DNA of 41,052 nt from a virus. A program made the position numbers and the translations under genes. This document shows positions 9,097-19,106 of this stretch, one piece after another. Positions within the stretch are counted from its first letter, which is position 1. Every line of letters starts with the position of its first letter. Location: IMG/VR virus record IMGVR_UViG_3300027509_000014; one strand, given 5' to 3'. The notes beneath the pieces are model-generated. The model saw only the letters and a list, made by a program, of their open reading frames with translations, was not told where the DNA came from and ran no database searches.

Positions 9097-9126
9097 ATTA
9101 TACCATGATGGTTTACCCAATGGCAA
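9097..9126 (-). promoter_or_regulatory. SigA-type promoter for the portal operon
   Basis: TTGCCA (9126-9121), 18 bp spacer, TATAAT (9102-9097), with an extended TG. Confidence 0.75.
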
Positions 9127-9242
9127 AATTACATAAATTTAACTTTATATAGATTTTATCTAATTTTGAATATAGAGCAAAAGTTGATTTACCCAGTAGA
9201 AATAGATTTATTTATCTGTACCAATCCGTATTTGTGTTTATT

Positions 9243-9371
9243 TTAAATCTTGGTTGCTCTGCGTCCCAGGTCTTTACAGCGTTGATAGGCTAGCATTTCC
9301 TGAACTTCGCTTTTGGTATATATTCCAAGCCTTCTTCGAGCTTTGGATACCCTCCCTCGGCTAATGTTCAT
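9243..9371 (-). CDS. Small basic 42-aa ORF (MNISRGRVSKARRRLGIYTKSEVQEMLAYQRCKDLGRRATKI)
   Basis: ATG 7 nt after the stop of the upstream gene, co-oriented, fills the gap. Below the ORF-track cutoff and has no clear SD. Confidence 0.4.
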   Translation of the reverse strand: MNISRGRVSKARRRLGIYTKSEVQEMLAYQRCKDLGRRATKI

Positions 9372-9378
9372 TTTATTT

Positions 9379-9873
9379 TTATACATCTTGAAGCTCTAAA
9401 AGTTCTTTCTGCTCGACAAGATAGGTTTTGCCGTGACCTAACGTGCCCAGTCTTTCTGACTTTATTGCTTCAGTTTGGGGGATGACACCCTTAAACGTGT
9501 ATTTTGGAAACTTGCCGATCATTAAAGCGAACAGATCGCCATCGGGCTTTTTCCAAGGAGCGACTGCCAATCTAGCGGTTGGATACTTACTTGCCTTGAC
9601 ATCAATAATCATCCCTTCATAAATCAAGTCACCTTCATCGCTGCCTTTATCAGAAGACCTTGTTTGAATACTCATGTCGGGCCAAAGATTCAGAGCCTTG
9701 GCCAAGGCAAATTCGGCAGCGATTCCCTCAAGGTCAGTATCTTCATCTGATTGTGGACCAATCTTGGAATTAGATACGCCTTTAGAGCGATTATTCGAGT
9801 GCCTGTACTTGGCTAACTGCTCGCAACACTTTTGCTCAAACTCGCCTAGAATTATAGTTTCACCGATTTTCAT
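9379..9873 (-). CDS. Hypothetical protein, possible PD-(D/E)XK-fold nuclease
   Basis: GIAAE...GDL...IIDVKAS matches the E...D...(D/E)xK pattern. Confidence 0.5.
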   Translation of the reverse strand: MKIGETIILGEFEQKCCEQLAKYRHSNNRSKGVSNSKIGPQSDEDTDLEGIAAEFALAKALNLWPDMSIQTRSSDKGSDEGDLIYEGMIIDVKASKYPTARLAVAPWKKPDGDLFALMIGKFPKYTFKGVIPQTEAIKSERLGTLGHGKTYLVEQKELLELQDV

Positions 9874-9916
9874 GTTTGCACTATACTACAATAGTGAGTT
9901 AAAATCAATAGCTAAT

Positions 9917-10492
9917 TTAATTAACTACTATAGCCTGCTTAGGCTCTCTTTGAATCTTGGCAGCAATACCGTGCAAGATGTATGTGCTGCCGATTGCTGT
10001 AGTTGGCAATAGCACAATAGTCGCAACAAACGCAGAGGTAAGGAGGGATACAACAATATATGTAATTGATAGCCACAGCGAAGCCTGCGCTGATGAACAC
10101 AAATCGCACTCTGCGATAAGATCGCCAATAATCCCCTTCAGGCGACCTAAGAACCCACCCTGGTAAGCATTTGGCCTGCGTATACAAATTACTTCTTCGA
10201 CTATGCCTTCTTCATATTCTACGTTTATTCCGTATGGCTGTGAGTCGCTTTGCGAAGCATAAAACCAAGAATTTCCTTGGCGGGGAGTTTCGCCCGCCTC
10301 TAGAGATTCAGGCGTGTTAGGATACACATAGTGCTTGATACCATTTTCGTCATCCACGGTTTGATACTGTCCATAGAGCACCCTATCTCTTAGCTGAGAA
10401 AAGATGTCCTCCCTTACCAAAGTTCTACCAACAGCATATCCAGACAAAGGTATCATTACTAGTGCTGCGATTAAAATATATAAAATTTCCAT
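9917..10492 (-). CDS. DUF1360-like membrane protein
   Basis: N-terminal TM helix, RTLVREDIFSQLRDR, GDLIAECDLCSS (CxxC), then TM helices. Confidence 0.6.
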   Translation of the reverse strand: MEILYILIAALVMIPLSGYAVGRTLVREDIFSQLRDRVLYGQYQTVDDENGIKHYVYPNTPESLEAGETPRQGNSWFYASQSDSQPYGINVEYEEGIVEEVICIRRPNAYQGGFLGRLKGIIGDLIAECDLCSSAQASLWLSITYIVVSLLTSAFVATIVLLPTTAIGSTYILHGIAAKIQREPKQAIVVN

Positions 10493-10493
10493 A

Positions 10494-10694
10494 TTAATCT
10501 CTTTCTAAAAATGGATTTTGGGACTCAGGCTCTTCCGTTGTTTCAGCAAAGAAAACTTTAATTTTATCCCAGCCTTCATTTTGACTGGCACAAGTTCCTT
10601 TAAAAACCACTTCTCCCTCACGATATGCTTTGAACGTCCAAGAATCATGTTGTCCACGTGCTTCTGTGTTTACTCTCACTATCGAGTATTTCAT
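10494..10694 (-). CDS. Hypothetical protein (likely start MKYSIVRV at 10694; track start 10787)
   Basis: Co-oriented ORF abutting the next gene; the shorter start minimises overlap. Confidence 0.5.
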   Translation of the reverse strand: MKYSIVRVNTEARGQHDSWTFKAYREGEVVFKGTCASQNEGWDKIKVFFAETTEEPESQNPFLERD

Positions 10695-11283
10695 CGATTT
10701 TACCAGTTTGGTTTTTCCACTCATTGTAATTCTCGCAAATTGTTTTGTCGTAGTAAGAAGACGCTCCATAAGGTTCGCACATTCCATACATTATTCTTGA
10801 ACTGAAAAGCTCTTCTGTCTCCGCTTTATGTATTGGTATTCCGTTGTTTAACATTATCGGCTTAATTATTTCTAGAGATTGATTAAAACTGAATGCCGCT
10901 ACCCCTAAAATCATATTTCTTTGTTGGTAAGATATTTCTGGGGCTATCAGAAACTTACAAAGTTCGTATTGCTTTTCTTTAATTTCTCTTTTAGCTTTTC
11001 TTCTGGTTTTGCGCCAGTGTTTTTTTATTCTTTTCTCATCCGCTTTTGAAAATGTAAACACCCAAGAAACCTGATAGAAGCAATAATCATATTTAACTAA
11101 TCCATCTTCGCAATATGTGCAATCTTCTCTTACCAGAACTGGGCAAAATTTTCTACCAATGCAAACACCTGAATCCTCACAGTACTTGCTGTGTTGCAAA
11201 TTGAAGGAAATAAAACCGCTGCCTTCACATATTGCGCACTGGAAGCTTGGTTGATTATATGTCTGCTTCTCTTCCGGCTTCAC
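10645..11283 (-). CDS. Hypothetical Cys-rich protein
   Basis: 212 aa with CAICEGSG and CTYCEDG (DnaJ-like Zn motifs); sits in the minus-strand operon. Confidence 0.6.
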   Translation of the reverse strand: MKPEEKQTYNQPSFQCAICEGSGFISFNLQHSKYCEDSGVCIGRKFCPVLVREDCTYCEDGLVKYDYCFYQVSWVFTFSKADEKRIKKHWRKTRRKAKREIKEKQYELCKFLIAPEISYQQRNMILGVAAFSFNQSLEIIKPIMLNNGIPIHKAETEELFSSRIMYGMCEPYGASSYYDKTICENYNEWKNQTGKIDEILDSESKHRSTWTT

Positions 11284-11635
11284 GATCTACCTTAACTCGT
11301 TTACGTATTGTCAGAACTCGTCTTCGGGTTCTGTAAGGCGCTCCACCCCATACTCCAAATTTTAATCCATTTGCTAAAGAATATTCCAGACACTGCATCT
11401 CTACCGGACACCTAGAGCAAAAAGCTTTAGCGGTATGAGCGGACTCCCCCCTTGCCGGAAAAAATATAGAATGTATCTTTTTTATATTTTGTGATCTCAA
11501 CTCATCTTCGGTTAACTCTCTTCCGTATTCCTGCTCAAGTTCTTTAATCTCATCGGGCAGCAATACTTGACTCTGACTGCACAAGCTATCTTTATGCCAT
11601 TCTAAATCTAGGGCGTCTTTAATGTAAAGTAACAT
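11255..11635 (-). CDS. whiB: WhiB-family transcription factor
   Basis: W....LC...FFPARG...AKAFCSRCPV..QCLEY....FGVWGG: four Cys, the GVWGG turn and a basic tail. Confidence 0.93.
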   Translation of the reverse strand: MLLYIKDALDLEWHKDSLCSQSQVLLPDEIKELEQEYGRELTEDELRSQNIKKIHSIFFPARGESAHTAKAFCSRCPVEMQCLEYSLANGLKFGVWGGAPYRTRRRVLTIRKRVKVDREAGREADI

Positions 11636-11641
11636 CTAAAC

Positions 11642-11650
11642 ATTATAACA
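11642..11650 (-). promoter_or_regulatory. Extended -10 promoter positioned for a leaderless whiB transcript
   Basis: TGTTATAAT followed by 6 nt then ATG (11635); no SD. Confidence 0.65.
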
Positions 11651-11685
11651 GAACCCTCAATGTTGGCGCAATTAATATAACAAAG

Positions 11686-13257
11686 CTAAAAAAGATCATT
11701 GTCATCAGTCACCAGGCTTCCCGTTTGTATCGCAACTGGTGAATCGGAGAAATGTTTAGGATCAGCAAGGTTGACGAACTTTGTATACTGCTTCATGAAG
11801 CCCATATGCAGGGTGCCTTTACCGCCGCCCCTATGCTTAGCAACAATAATTTCAGCAATGCTTTGGTCTCCACTATTGAAGAAATACGAATCGTCTCGAT
11901 AGGTGAAAATGACCATATCTGCGTCTTGGCCAATAGCGCCAGAGTCTCTCAAGTCGTGCAGCAAGGGGCGTTTGTTATCCCTAGACGCCGAAGCCTTGGT
12001 TAGTTGAGACAGCACTATAACCGTTGTCTCAAGCTCTCCAGCCAAGACCTTAAGCCCCCTGGTGATGTCGCCAATAGCCTCATTGCGGTTGTTGCTGAAC
12101 TTACTGCTTCCATTTAGATTCATCAACTGTAAATAGTCAACAATAATTATTGGAGGCGTCTCGTACTCATTCATCATTTCATACGCATAAGACTTTATAT
12201 CCAAAAACCCAACATCGGACTCATCAATTATCTTTAATGGAGCGTTTCTAAATTTCTTTCTAAGCTTGGCTATTTCTGACCAATCGCTTTCTGAAAGCTT
12301 GCGGTCTCTAATTCTTTCATAAGGCATTTCTGCCTCGCTTGAAATTATTCTTTGAGCCAATTCGGTGTTTGACATTTCCAGTGAAAAGAAAACTACGGGC
12401 TGATTTGAGTCAAGAACCATAGATGACGCTATGTTCATAGCAAAAGATGTCTTTCCAGACCCAGAAGTCCCTGCTATTACAATCAACTGGTTGGGCCTGA
12501 GTCCGCCAGTCAGTTTATCTAAACCGTCAACGCCCGTAGCCGCTCCAATGATTTCGCCCTGATGCTCCAAATCATAAGATACGGTATCAATAACATCAAG
12601 ATAAGACCCAAATAAATCGTTAACCTTGCCTGACATTGTTTCGCCAGAAAGCTCCATCAGCTTAAGCTCAAGGAGTCTCTTGGCATCAGCGGCGTTATTT
12701 AGATCGCCACGAGCAAGCCCCGCATTAACCCGTGCAGTGATATCTTCTAGCTGACTTCTTTGCCAGCGGTCTTCGATTGACTTAGCGTAACTTTCAAACG
12801 CGGGATCGGACGGGGCGGAGAGCGATAGTATATGAACTTCTTCGGCAGAAACGATGTCTATATAAGACTTGCCTGTCTGGGTTTTATTATTACGCAGGTG
12901 CTCAATTACGGTATATGTCTGAACAGCGCCATCTGTTTCTGCAATGTGCTTAATTGCGCCAGCTATGATACGACATTTGGAATCAGTAAACTGTTCTGGT
13001 TTGAGAAACTTTAAACCAATTGCCGCCGTATTCTGATTCTGGAGCATGCATCCAATGAAAGCTCTCTCCATCTCATGGTGGGAATCTTCTTCTGCGGGGC
13101 TGTCGTTTGAAGACGGGGCAGGGGTGCTTTGGGGGCGCTTTGGGGGCTTATTGTTTGCCGGTTCGTAATCAGTAAACACTTGATCATATTCGTCCACCCA
13201 CTGGTCTTCAAATTCTCCAGTATATTCTTCTGGACTCGACTCAGTATTCTGTGACAT
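11686..13257 (-). CDS. dnaB: Replicative DNA helicase DnaB
   Basis: Walker A GTSGSGKT, FFSLEMS, IIVDYLQL, LSQL, DLRDSGAIGQDADMV, IIVAKHRGG. Confidence 0.96.
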   Translation of the reverse strand: MSQNTESSPEEYTGEFEDQWVDEYDQVFTDYEPANNKPPKRPQSTPAPSSNDSPAEEDSHHEMERAFIGCMLQNQNTAAIGLKFLKPEQFTDSKCRIIAGAIKHIAETDGAVQTYTVIEHLRNNKTQTGKSYIDIVSAEEVHILSLSAPSDPAFESYAKSIEDRWQRSQLEDITARVNAGLARGDLNNAADAKRLLELKLMELSGETMSGKVNDLFGSYLDVIDTVSYDLEHQGEIIGAATGVDGLDKLTGGLRPNQLIVIAGTSGSGKTSFAMNIASSMVLDSNQPVVFFSLEMSNTELAQRIISSEAEMPYERIRDRKLSESDWSEIAKLRKKFRNAPLKIIDESDVGFLDIKSYAYEMMNEYETPPIIIVDYLQLMNLNGSSKFSNNRNEAIGDITRGLKVLAGELETTVIVLSQLTKASASRDNKRPLLHDLRDSGAIGQDADMVIFTYRDDSYFFNSGDQSIAEIIVAKHRGGGKGTLHMGFMKQYTKFVNLADPKHFSDSPVAIQTGSLVTDDNDLF

Positions 13258-16200
13258 TAGTCACTACCTCTTCTACGAACGCAAGACTCTTTAGCTTAAT
13301 AATATTTTTTGGATTTGGGTTTATCGGAAACTTTTCACCAAGAGAGAGAACCTTACCATCTTTGGAGCCAGTTAGCAATACCGGATTTGAACCCACGCCT
13401 TCTGTAAACAAGGCTTTGAGAGAATCGGCTTCTTCTTGAGTAAGATCAGAGAAAGAATCTTGATGCACTCTAATAAGAACAGCTGGCATCTGAGATATAG
13501 GCCTAGCTGTCAATTTGCGCTCACTTAAATGCTTGACTGAATTTGCAAAGAATTTATTCTCTCCTGGCTTAGTGTTGCCCTCAAGAGAGACGATGTCGCC
13601 CTCAGAAAGTTTCTGTTTGGCCCAAACTCTGGGGAATATCAAAACTTCTGTAGACGCAGTAAGATCGCCAAGCGTAACCCAAGCCATGTCGTCGCCCTTG
13701 CGAGTTGGCTTCTCAAGTAGCGAAGTTACCACACCACATATCCTGCCCTCCCATGCGCCCTCTTCTTCTAGGAAATCCTCTATGGATATATCTGAATTAT
13801 CTTCAACGAGTTGGACCATGCCGTCAAGAGGGTGCTCCGATACATACGTACCCAAAAGCTCTTTTTCAAGCTTTAGTCTCATAGCTCTATCCATAGGCTC
13901 ATTAGGAACTTCAATAACGCCCATGTCTGTCTGGCCAAGAGAATCTCCAAGTGATATAACTCCGGCCTCACGATACTTGGAGTCGCCCCTGTCGCCTTCT
14001 AGAACAGCTTGAAAGCACGTAAGTAGGCCACCACGAGTGTGCATCTCGTCAAATGCTCCAGCTTTGATCAGAGCTTCCACAATGCCTTTATTCTTAGCCT
14101 GTCTGGGGCCGTTGCGGACAAAATCCATAAAGTCTGTGAAATCCCTGCCAAGTTTGTCTCTAAACTGAACTATCTGCTCTCCGGGCTTGTCACCGACACC
14201 CTTGATCGCTGAGAAGCCAACATAGACCGTATTGCCCTCTGGGAAGTATTCAGATCTGGATTTATTTATATTAGGCGGCTGTACGTCAAGTCCCATCGCC
14301 TTAGCCTCAACTATATAACCGCCAGCTTTTTCAATCTTGTCTACGCTATTAAGCAGAGCCGAAAAATATTCAGCTGAATAGTTAACCTTTAGATATGCAG
14401 TAATGTAGGAAATAAACCCATAAGCCACAGCGTGACTATTGTGGGAAACTATTCCATTAGCCAATAAGTTATGATATACAGAATCCATCTCTACGTCATA
14501 AGTTTCTTCATCACCAACATATTCAATAGAGATTATCTCACTCACCCCAGCTAAATGGCCTTTATCAAAACGTCGTTTTCGTCCGTTCTCGGCATAATCG
14601 TGACGCTTGTGATGAGACACGCATAGATTAGACAGATTTGACAGCTCGTTATTTGTTCTGTCTCCGTCTAAATGAGCTACTTCTAGTCTCCCAGCGCAAG
14701 ACTCATCAGTGTGCCCACACTTATGTTCTAGTTTGGCTGAATTTGTTTTAAATTTCGAAAACCCACCATCTACAAATCCGTAATTCAAAGCGCCTTTCTG
14801 TCCATTCACAGAACCAATTTCTAACCTAACGCCTTCTGTCGTCCGCATATCTTGCAAAGACATTCCGGAAACTAAATCCACTCCAATTGATACCGTTAGA
14901 CTATCGCCCACCAACAGGTCTTCTGTGGCAACATAGTCTCCGGTCGAAGTGCGATGGCGGTGATTGTTGGTAGATTTTAGGCGCTTTCCGTCTGCTAATA
15001 CTATTTCAAATACCGGCTTTACCCCGTTAGAATAAACGTTCTTCAGCTTGGCGGGCCTGATTCTACCATCTGATTCATCATAGGCGAGTATGGTCAACCC
15101 CACCTTGCCATGAAATTTTTGATGCCATGAATAACAGCCTTTACAAAGACCTCGAACATGGCTCTTTGCTAATTTTTTGGCCGTTTCCTTGCACTCTAAA
15201 CAAGTTACAGATTTACCAAGTTCCGACTTTGGACCCTTACCCTTAGTCGGTGGAAGAATATTATTGATCCTATCATAAATTTCTTTAATTGTTCTTGAGG
15301 AACAGGAGCCGTCTACTACTTCTGTGTCTCCAGAAAAACACTTGTTAAATCCGTAAGAGCCAAAGGGTTCTATAAGCGCCCACCATTTATTACCAAGATC
15401 CTCGCCATAGCCCGTATCGATACAGCCCTGAACAAATCGTTCTTTTTCGGCGTTCATAGCTGAAAGCTTTTTCTTGCCAACAATCTTTCTTAGATTATCG
15501 GCTCCAGCCAAACTGTAGCCAGCAAACTTTTGAGCGATTCTCATCACTGATTCTTGGTACGTTAGCACGCCTAACGTGTCTCGCAAAATCGGCTCTGCGT
15601 CCTGATGAAGCAGTGATATTTGCTTAGTGCCGTTGCGGCGATTCACAAACTCGGTATGCATGTTCATCTCAAGAGGGCCAGGTCTATAAAGTGCTGTCAA
15701 AGCGCTTAGGTCTTCGATTGAATTAGGCTTAATTTCCGACATCAAGTTTCTCATACCTGAATTTTCAAACTGGAATACTCCTACGCCTTTGCCCTTACTG
15801 AGCATGTCGTAGGTCTTGCTGTCGTCTAGGGGTATCTCATCTATTCTGAGGCAAATATCGCGAGTGTCTTTCAGCATCCGCAGAGTATCAGAGATAACAT
15901 CCAGATTTCTAAGTCCTAAATAGTCCATCTTGACAAGACCAAGATCTTCTACTGGCCCCATACTCCACTGAGATACAGCTTGATCATCTTTACCCTTCAT
16001 CAGAGGAATATAATTCTCAAGAGGAGCATCGCCAATAATCACAGCGGCAGCGTGAACACCAGTACTTCTTGCTAGGCCCTCAAGGCCTTTGGCAACATCA
16101 ATAACTTCTCTGACTTCGTTATCTTTATTGTAAAGTTGTCTTAGCTTCTTAGCTTGTCGCCATTGTTGTTCCCAACCAGTCGGAGCTTCATCGGCCATGC

Positions 16201-17683
16201 AAACCCAAAGCGGGGTGTCTCTTCCATGAATCAAATCAGGCATGGCGGAGTTGATGGCATTGCCAGTAGCAAAGTCTTTGTCAAGGACCCGAGCCGAATC
16301 CCTAATTGCACTTCTGGCCTTGATCTTGGCAAAAGTCACAATCTGAGCGACTCTATCTTTGCCGTACTTGTCGGCCGTATAATTAATTAACTCTTCTCGA
16401 TAGCGAGTATCAAAATCCAAATCAATATCGGGCATAGAGACACGATCAGGATTCAAGAAGCGCTCAAAGAGCAAATCATATTGCAGCGGGTCGATACCTG
16501 TAATCAGCAGAGAGTATGCTACTGCGCTCCCGCAGGCGCTACCTCGGCCGGGGCCAACTAGAATGTCTCTGCTTCTGGCATACTTGCAGAGATCCCAGAG
16601 AATCAAGAAATAGCCAGCGAAGCCCATTGAACAAATAATACCCAGTTCGTATTCGAGTCTTTCGACCTGTTCATTTGTAAGGTCTTTACCCCATCGGTAC
16701 TGAGCGCCTTTAAAAGCAATGTGGCGAAGATAATCTTCTTCAGATGAAAACCCTTCAGGCAAATCAAAGTGTGGCATGCGGTAGCCATCGTGACCAAAGG
16801 ATATATCATCACACATTTCAGCAATCAACAAAGTGTTATCACACACACTTGGGTCCAGATCAGAAAACAAAGCACGCATCTCAGCACTTGTTTTTAATGC
16901 GTGAGTGCCTGGGTCACCGCTGAATTTAAACCTGTCAGTATCGTGAATCTTGGCTCTTGTTTGGACACAAAGCAGGGCATCATGGGAAGCATGGTCATCA
17001 CAATTATTGTAATGGCAGTCATTCGTTGCAATCACCTTGAGATCAAACTTCTTTGCAATGTCTAGCAGTACCGGATTGGTTTCGTCTTGTTCTTTGATAT
17101 TGTGCCTCTGAAGCTCAATAAAATATCTATCAGGTCCATAGATATCAACCATCTGACCAATAAATTGTTCGGCCTCTTTTATCTGGCCTCGCATGATATG
17201 CTGAAGGGGAACCCCGCCCAAACAAGAAGACGTTGCGATTACACCCTTGGAGTATTTGTCTAGCATTTCAAGAGAGGAGAGAGGCTTGTAGTAATAATTA
17301 TCAAGCCAGGAGCGGCTTTGCATCTTCATCAAATTTAGATAACCATCTTCATTCATGGCCAAAGTGGTTTGATGGAAATACTGTTTTCCGGTTTCGCCGT
17401 CGCCGGTGTCCCGAGCGGCTTTGTTCATGGAACGGATTTCTTTACGATTGAAACCCATAGCTTCTGGTTCGATGTAAAGCTCACATCCAGGAGTGGCCTT
17501 AACGCCGTATTCTGCGCCGATCCTAAACATTTCCGGCCATGCGTGGAGATTACCGTGATCAGTAACCGCTAAAGCGGGCATTCCGTCTTCAGCGGCTTTC
17601 TTGAAATAGTCTTCTACTTTACCAGCTCCGTCAAGAAGAGAGTATTGTGTATGAACATGAAGGTGAACAAAACTATCTTTCAT
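13241..17683 (-). CDS. dnaE: DNA polymerase III alpha subunit, intein-containing
   Basis: FVHLHVHTQYSLLDG, GPGRGS, FERFLNPDRVSMPDIDLDF, KMDYLGL, YGFNK//SHAVAY, C-terminal OB fold. Confidence 0.97.
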   Translation of the reverse strand: MKDSFVHLHVHTQYSLLDGAGKVEDYFKKAAEDGMPALAVTDHGNLHAWPEMFRIGAEYGVKATPGCELYIEPEAMGFNRKEIRSMNKAARDTGDGETGKQYFHQTTLAMNEDGYLNLMKMQSRSWLDNYYYKPLSSLEMLDKYSKGVIATSSCLGGVPLQHIMRGQIKEAEQFIGQMVDIYGPDRYFIELQRHNIKEQDETNPVLLDIAKKFDLKVIATNDCHYNNCDDHASHDALLCVQTRAKIHDTDRFKFSGDPGTHALKTSAEMRALFSDLDPSVCDNTLLIAEMCDDISFGHDGYRMPHFDLPEGFSSEEDYLRHIAFKGAQYRWGKDLTNEQVERLEYELGIICSMGFAGYFLILWDLCKYARSRDILVGPGRGSACGSAVAYSLLITGIDPLQYDLLFERFLNPDRVSMPDIDLDFDTRYREELINYTADKYGKDRVAQIVTFAKIKARSAIRDSARVLDKDFATGNAINSAMPDLIHGRDTPLWVCMADEAPTGWEQQWRQAKKLRQLYNKDNEVREVIDVAKGLEGLARSTGVHAAAVIIGDAPLENYIPLMKGKDDQAVSQWSMGPVEDLGLVKMDYLGLRNLDVISDTLRMLKDTRDICLRIDEIPLDDSKTYDMLSKGKGVGVFQFENSGMRNLMSEIKPNSIEDLSALTALYRPGPLEMNMHTEFVNRRNGTKQISLLHQDAEPILRDTLGVLTYQESVMRIAQKFAGYSLAGADNLRKIVGKKKLSAMNAEKERFVQGCIDTGYGEDLGNKWWALIEPFGSYGFNKCFSGDTEVVDGSCSSRTIKEIYDRINNILPPTKGKGPKSELGKSVTCLECKETAKKLAKSHVRGLCKGCYSWHQKFHGKVGLTILAYDESDGRIRPAKLKNVYSNGVKPVFEIVLADGKRLKSTNNHRHRTSTGDYVATEDLLVGDSLTVSIGVDLVSGMSLQDMRTTEGVRLEIGSVNGQKGALNYGFVDGGFSKFKTNSAKLEHKCGHTDESCAGRLEVAHLDGDRTNNELSNLSNLCVSHHKRHDYAENGRKRRFDKGHLAGVSEIISIEYVGDEETYDVEMDSVYHNLLANGIVSHNSHAVAYGFISYITAYLKVNYSAEYFSALLNSVDKIEKAGGYIVEAKAMGLDVQPPNINKSRSEYFPEGNTVYVGFSAIKGVGDKPGEQIVQFRDKLGRDFTDFMDFVRNGPRQAKNKGIVEALIKAGAFDEMHTRGGLLTCFQAVLEGDRGDSKYREAGVISLGDSLGQTDMGVIEVPNEPMDRAMRLKLEKELLGTYVSEHPLDGMVQLVEDNSDISIEDFLEEEGAWEGRICGVVTSLLEKPTRKGDDMAWVTLGDLTASTEVLIFPRVWAKQKLSEGDIVSLEGNTKPGENKFFANSVKHLSERKLTARPISQMPAVLIRVHQDSFSDLTQEEADSLKALFTEGVGSNPVLLTGSKDGKVLSLGEKFPINPNPKNIIKLKSLAFVEEVVTNVTEY
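14438..15340 (-). mobile_element. Intein (301 aa) with HNH endonuclease in dnaE
   Basis: Begins CFSGDTEV after YGFNK; block B STNNH; block F TYDVEM..HNLLANG; ends SHN before Ser. Central AHLDGDRTNN..SNL..LC..HH..H. Confidence 0.93.
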
Positions 17684-18120
17684 TATATTCTTTTCTTTTC
17701 TATTCTTCTATTTTCGGCATCATAATTTTCTTCATAATTACTTATTGCTGAGGCAATAGGGATGCCTTGCATAACTTTAGCTATTTCTTCAGCCAGAACA
17801 GCCCTAGCATAGTCGCCAGGATCTTCGTTGTCAAGGTCTGCGATAGCATTAATTTGGCCGTAAGTTAAAGCGTCTATCTGAAGGTAAAATACGTCTATTT
17901 TCTCGCCAGTTTTATGGCCACCAAGCAATCCGCTCTTGGTAATCTTTTCTTCTCGGCCACATACTGGGCAAATCCCAATAGCGAACGAACCTGGCTTGCG
18001 CCCTCTAATATTTGAACTATTTTCCCTATTGTCGTCTACGACTGCTTCTTTGATGATTCTTAAAGGTTCTTGACCAGATCCGTCACATTTAGGTTTTGAT
18101 TTAAGTTTCAAAAGAGGCAT
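17683..18120 (-). CDS. Hypothetical protein with Zn-binding motif and possible ribbon-helix-helix segment
   Basis: CDGSG...CPVCG...GGH; TAATG coupling to dnaE. Confidence 0.65.
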   Translation of the reverse strand: MPLLKLKSKPKCDGSGQEPLRIIKEAVVDDNRENSSNIRGRKPGSFAIGICPVCGREEKITKSGLLGGHKTGEKIDVFYLQIDALTYGQINAIADLDNEDPGDYARAVLAEEIAKVMQGIPIASAISNYEENYDAENRRIEKKRI

Positions 18121-18124
18121 TTTA

Positions 18125-18892
18125 CTATGCGCTAACTATTTCTAAGTACATTTTGTTTATGTCTCTGGAGTTGGCTTTTTCTATCAATCCACTATGTGTA
18201 ATAACGTAACTTCTAGCTCTTTCAGATTCCAAGTTGTTGTACTTGGAAACAAATTCTGGTTTAGACATAGCCGAAAATGCTCCCATCAATGAGGTTACTT
18301 CGTGTCTTAATTGGCCGTCATCTAATCCACATAGACTTTTATTGCTGACGTTCAAATTGTCAATGAGTGTCAGCAAAAAGGCTAGCGCTACGAAATCTTC
18401 ATTATAATCACTGTGAAGAGGGTCCCAATTTCTAATTCTGGATTTTATTTCTGACTCCACAACAAAAATTAAATCTTTAATTGTTATAAGATTTCTCAAG
18501 TTAAATTTTTGCCATGCGCCCATATTTGAAATATCTGTTTGTGGATTCATTAACAGTGCTTGAATTATTGAAGATTTAAAAAACAATTCTTTTTCCAAAA
18601 TAGACAAAGGGCTTTGAGTTACAGAATTTAGAGATCTTATATCTAAAATAAGTTCACGCAAAGTAATCTCTTCTGGCTCGGACATGACCTTGTACAGATT
18701 TACTTTTCTTTTATCCATAACAGGCCACCCTGTTTGCCAGCTTCTCCTAAGTATGCGTGACGAAAAAGGCACGGCGTAAAGAGAAAAATCCATTTCGTGA
18801 ACCGATAAGGAGCCGCAAGGCGCCGAATCAATTAACTCGGACAAGGGTCCAAATGGATTTAATACAAAAAGTTCTGTTATTGGCTCATCCAT
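18125..18892 (-). CDS. Hypothetical protein (likely start 18892; track start 18940)
   Basis: Long co-oriented ORF; ATG 18892 overlaps the upstream gene by 8 nt. Confidence 0.65.
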   Translation of the reverse strand: MDEPITELFVLNPFGPLSELIDSAPCGSLSVHEMDFSLYAVPFSSRILRRSWQTGWPVMDKRKVNLYKVMSEPEEITLRELILDIRSLNSVTQSPLSILEKELFFKSSIIQALLMNPQTDISNMGAWQKFNLRNLITIKDLIFVVESEIKSRIRNWDPLHSDYNEDFVALAFLLTLIDNLNVSNKSLCGLDDGQLRHEVTSLMGAFSAMSKPEFVSKYNNLESERARSYVITHSGLIEKANSRDINKMYLEIVSA

Positions 18893-19106
18893 GAAACACA
18901 AACTGCAATCCGCACGAAAGGCATTCGCCAGAGTACTCATATCCGTTATGGTCTACATCTACAAACCCAGAGTAATTACATCCAGTGCAGTGGACGTTAA
19001 CTACTGCTTCAAAATCATACGCCTCTTCGGACTCATCCCCGTAAGACACCAAACTGGACATATCTATCTCAATGGTTCCTAGATTTTCTTTTACTTTATA
19101 ACTCAC
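18885..19106 (-). CDS. Small acidic Zn-ribbon hypothetical protein
   Basis: GTG start with AGGA upstream; CTGC...CLSC. Confidence 0.6.
   Translation of the reverse strand: MSYKVKENLGTIEIDMSSLVSYGDESEEAYDFEAVVNVHCTGCNYSGFVDVDHNGYEYSGECLSCGLQFVFHG

Noticed and set aside
9067-9126. Track start of portal at 9126 (similarly 20206 and 21377 for exonuclease and clamp)
   Set aside because: These upstream starts overlap promoter elements or the preceding gene; downstream ATGs have SD, coupling or leaderless support.
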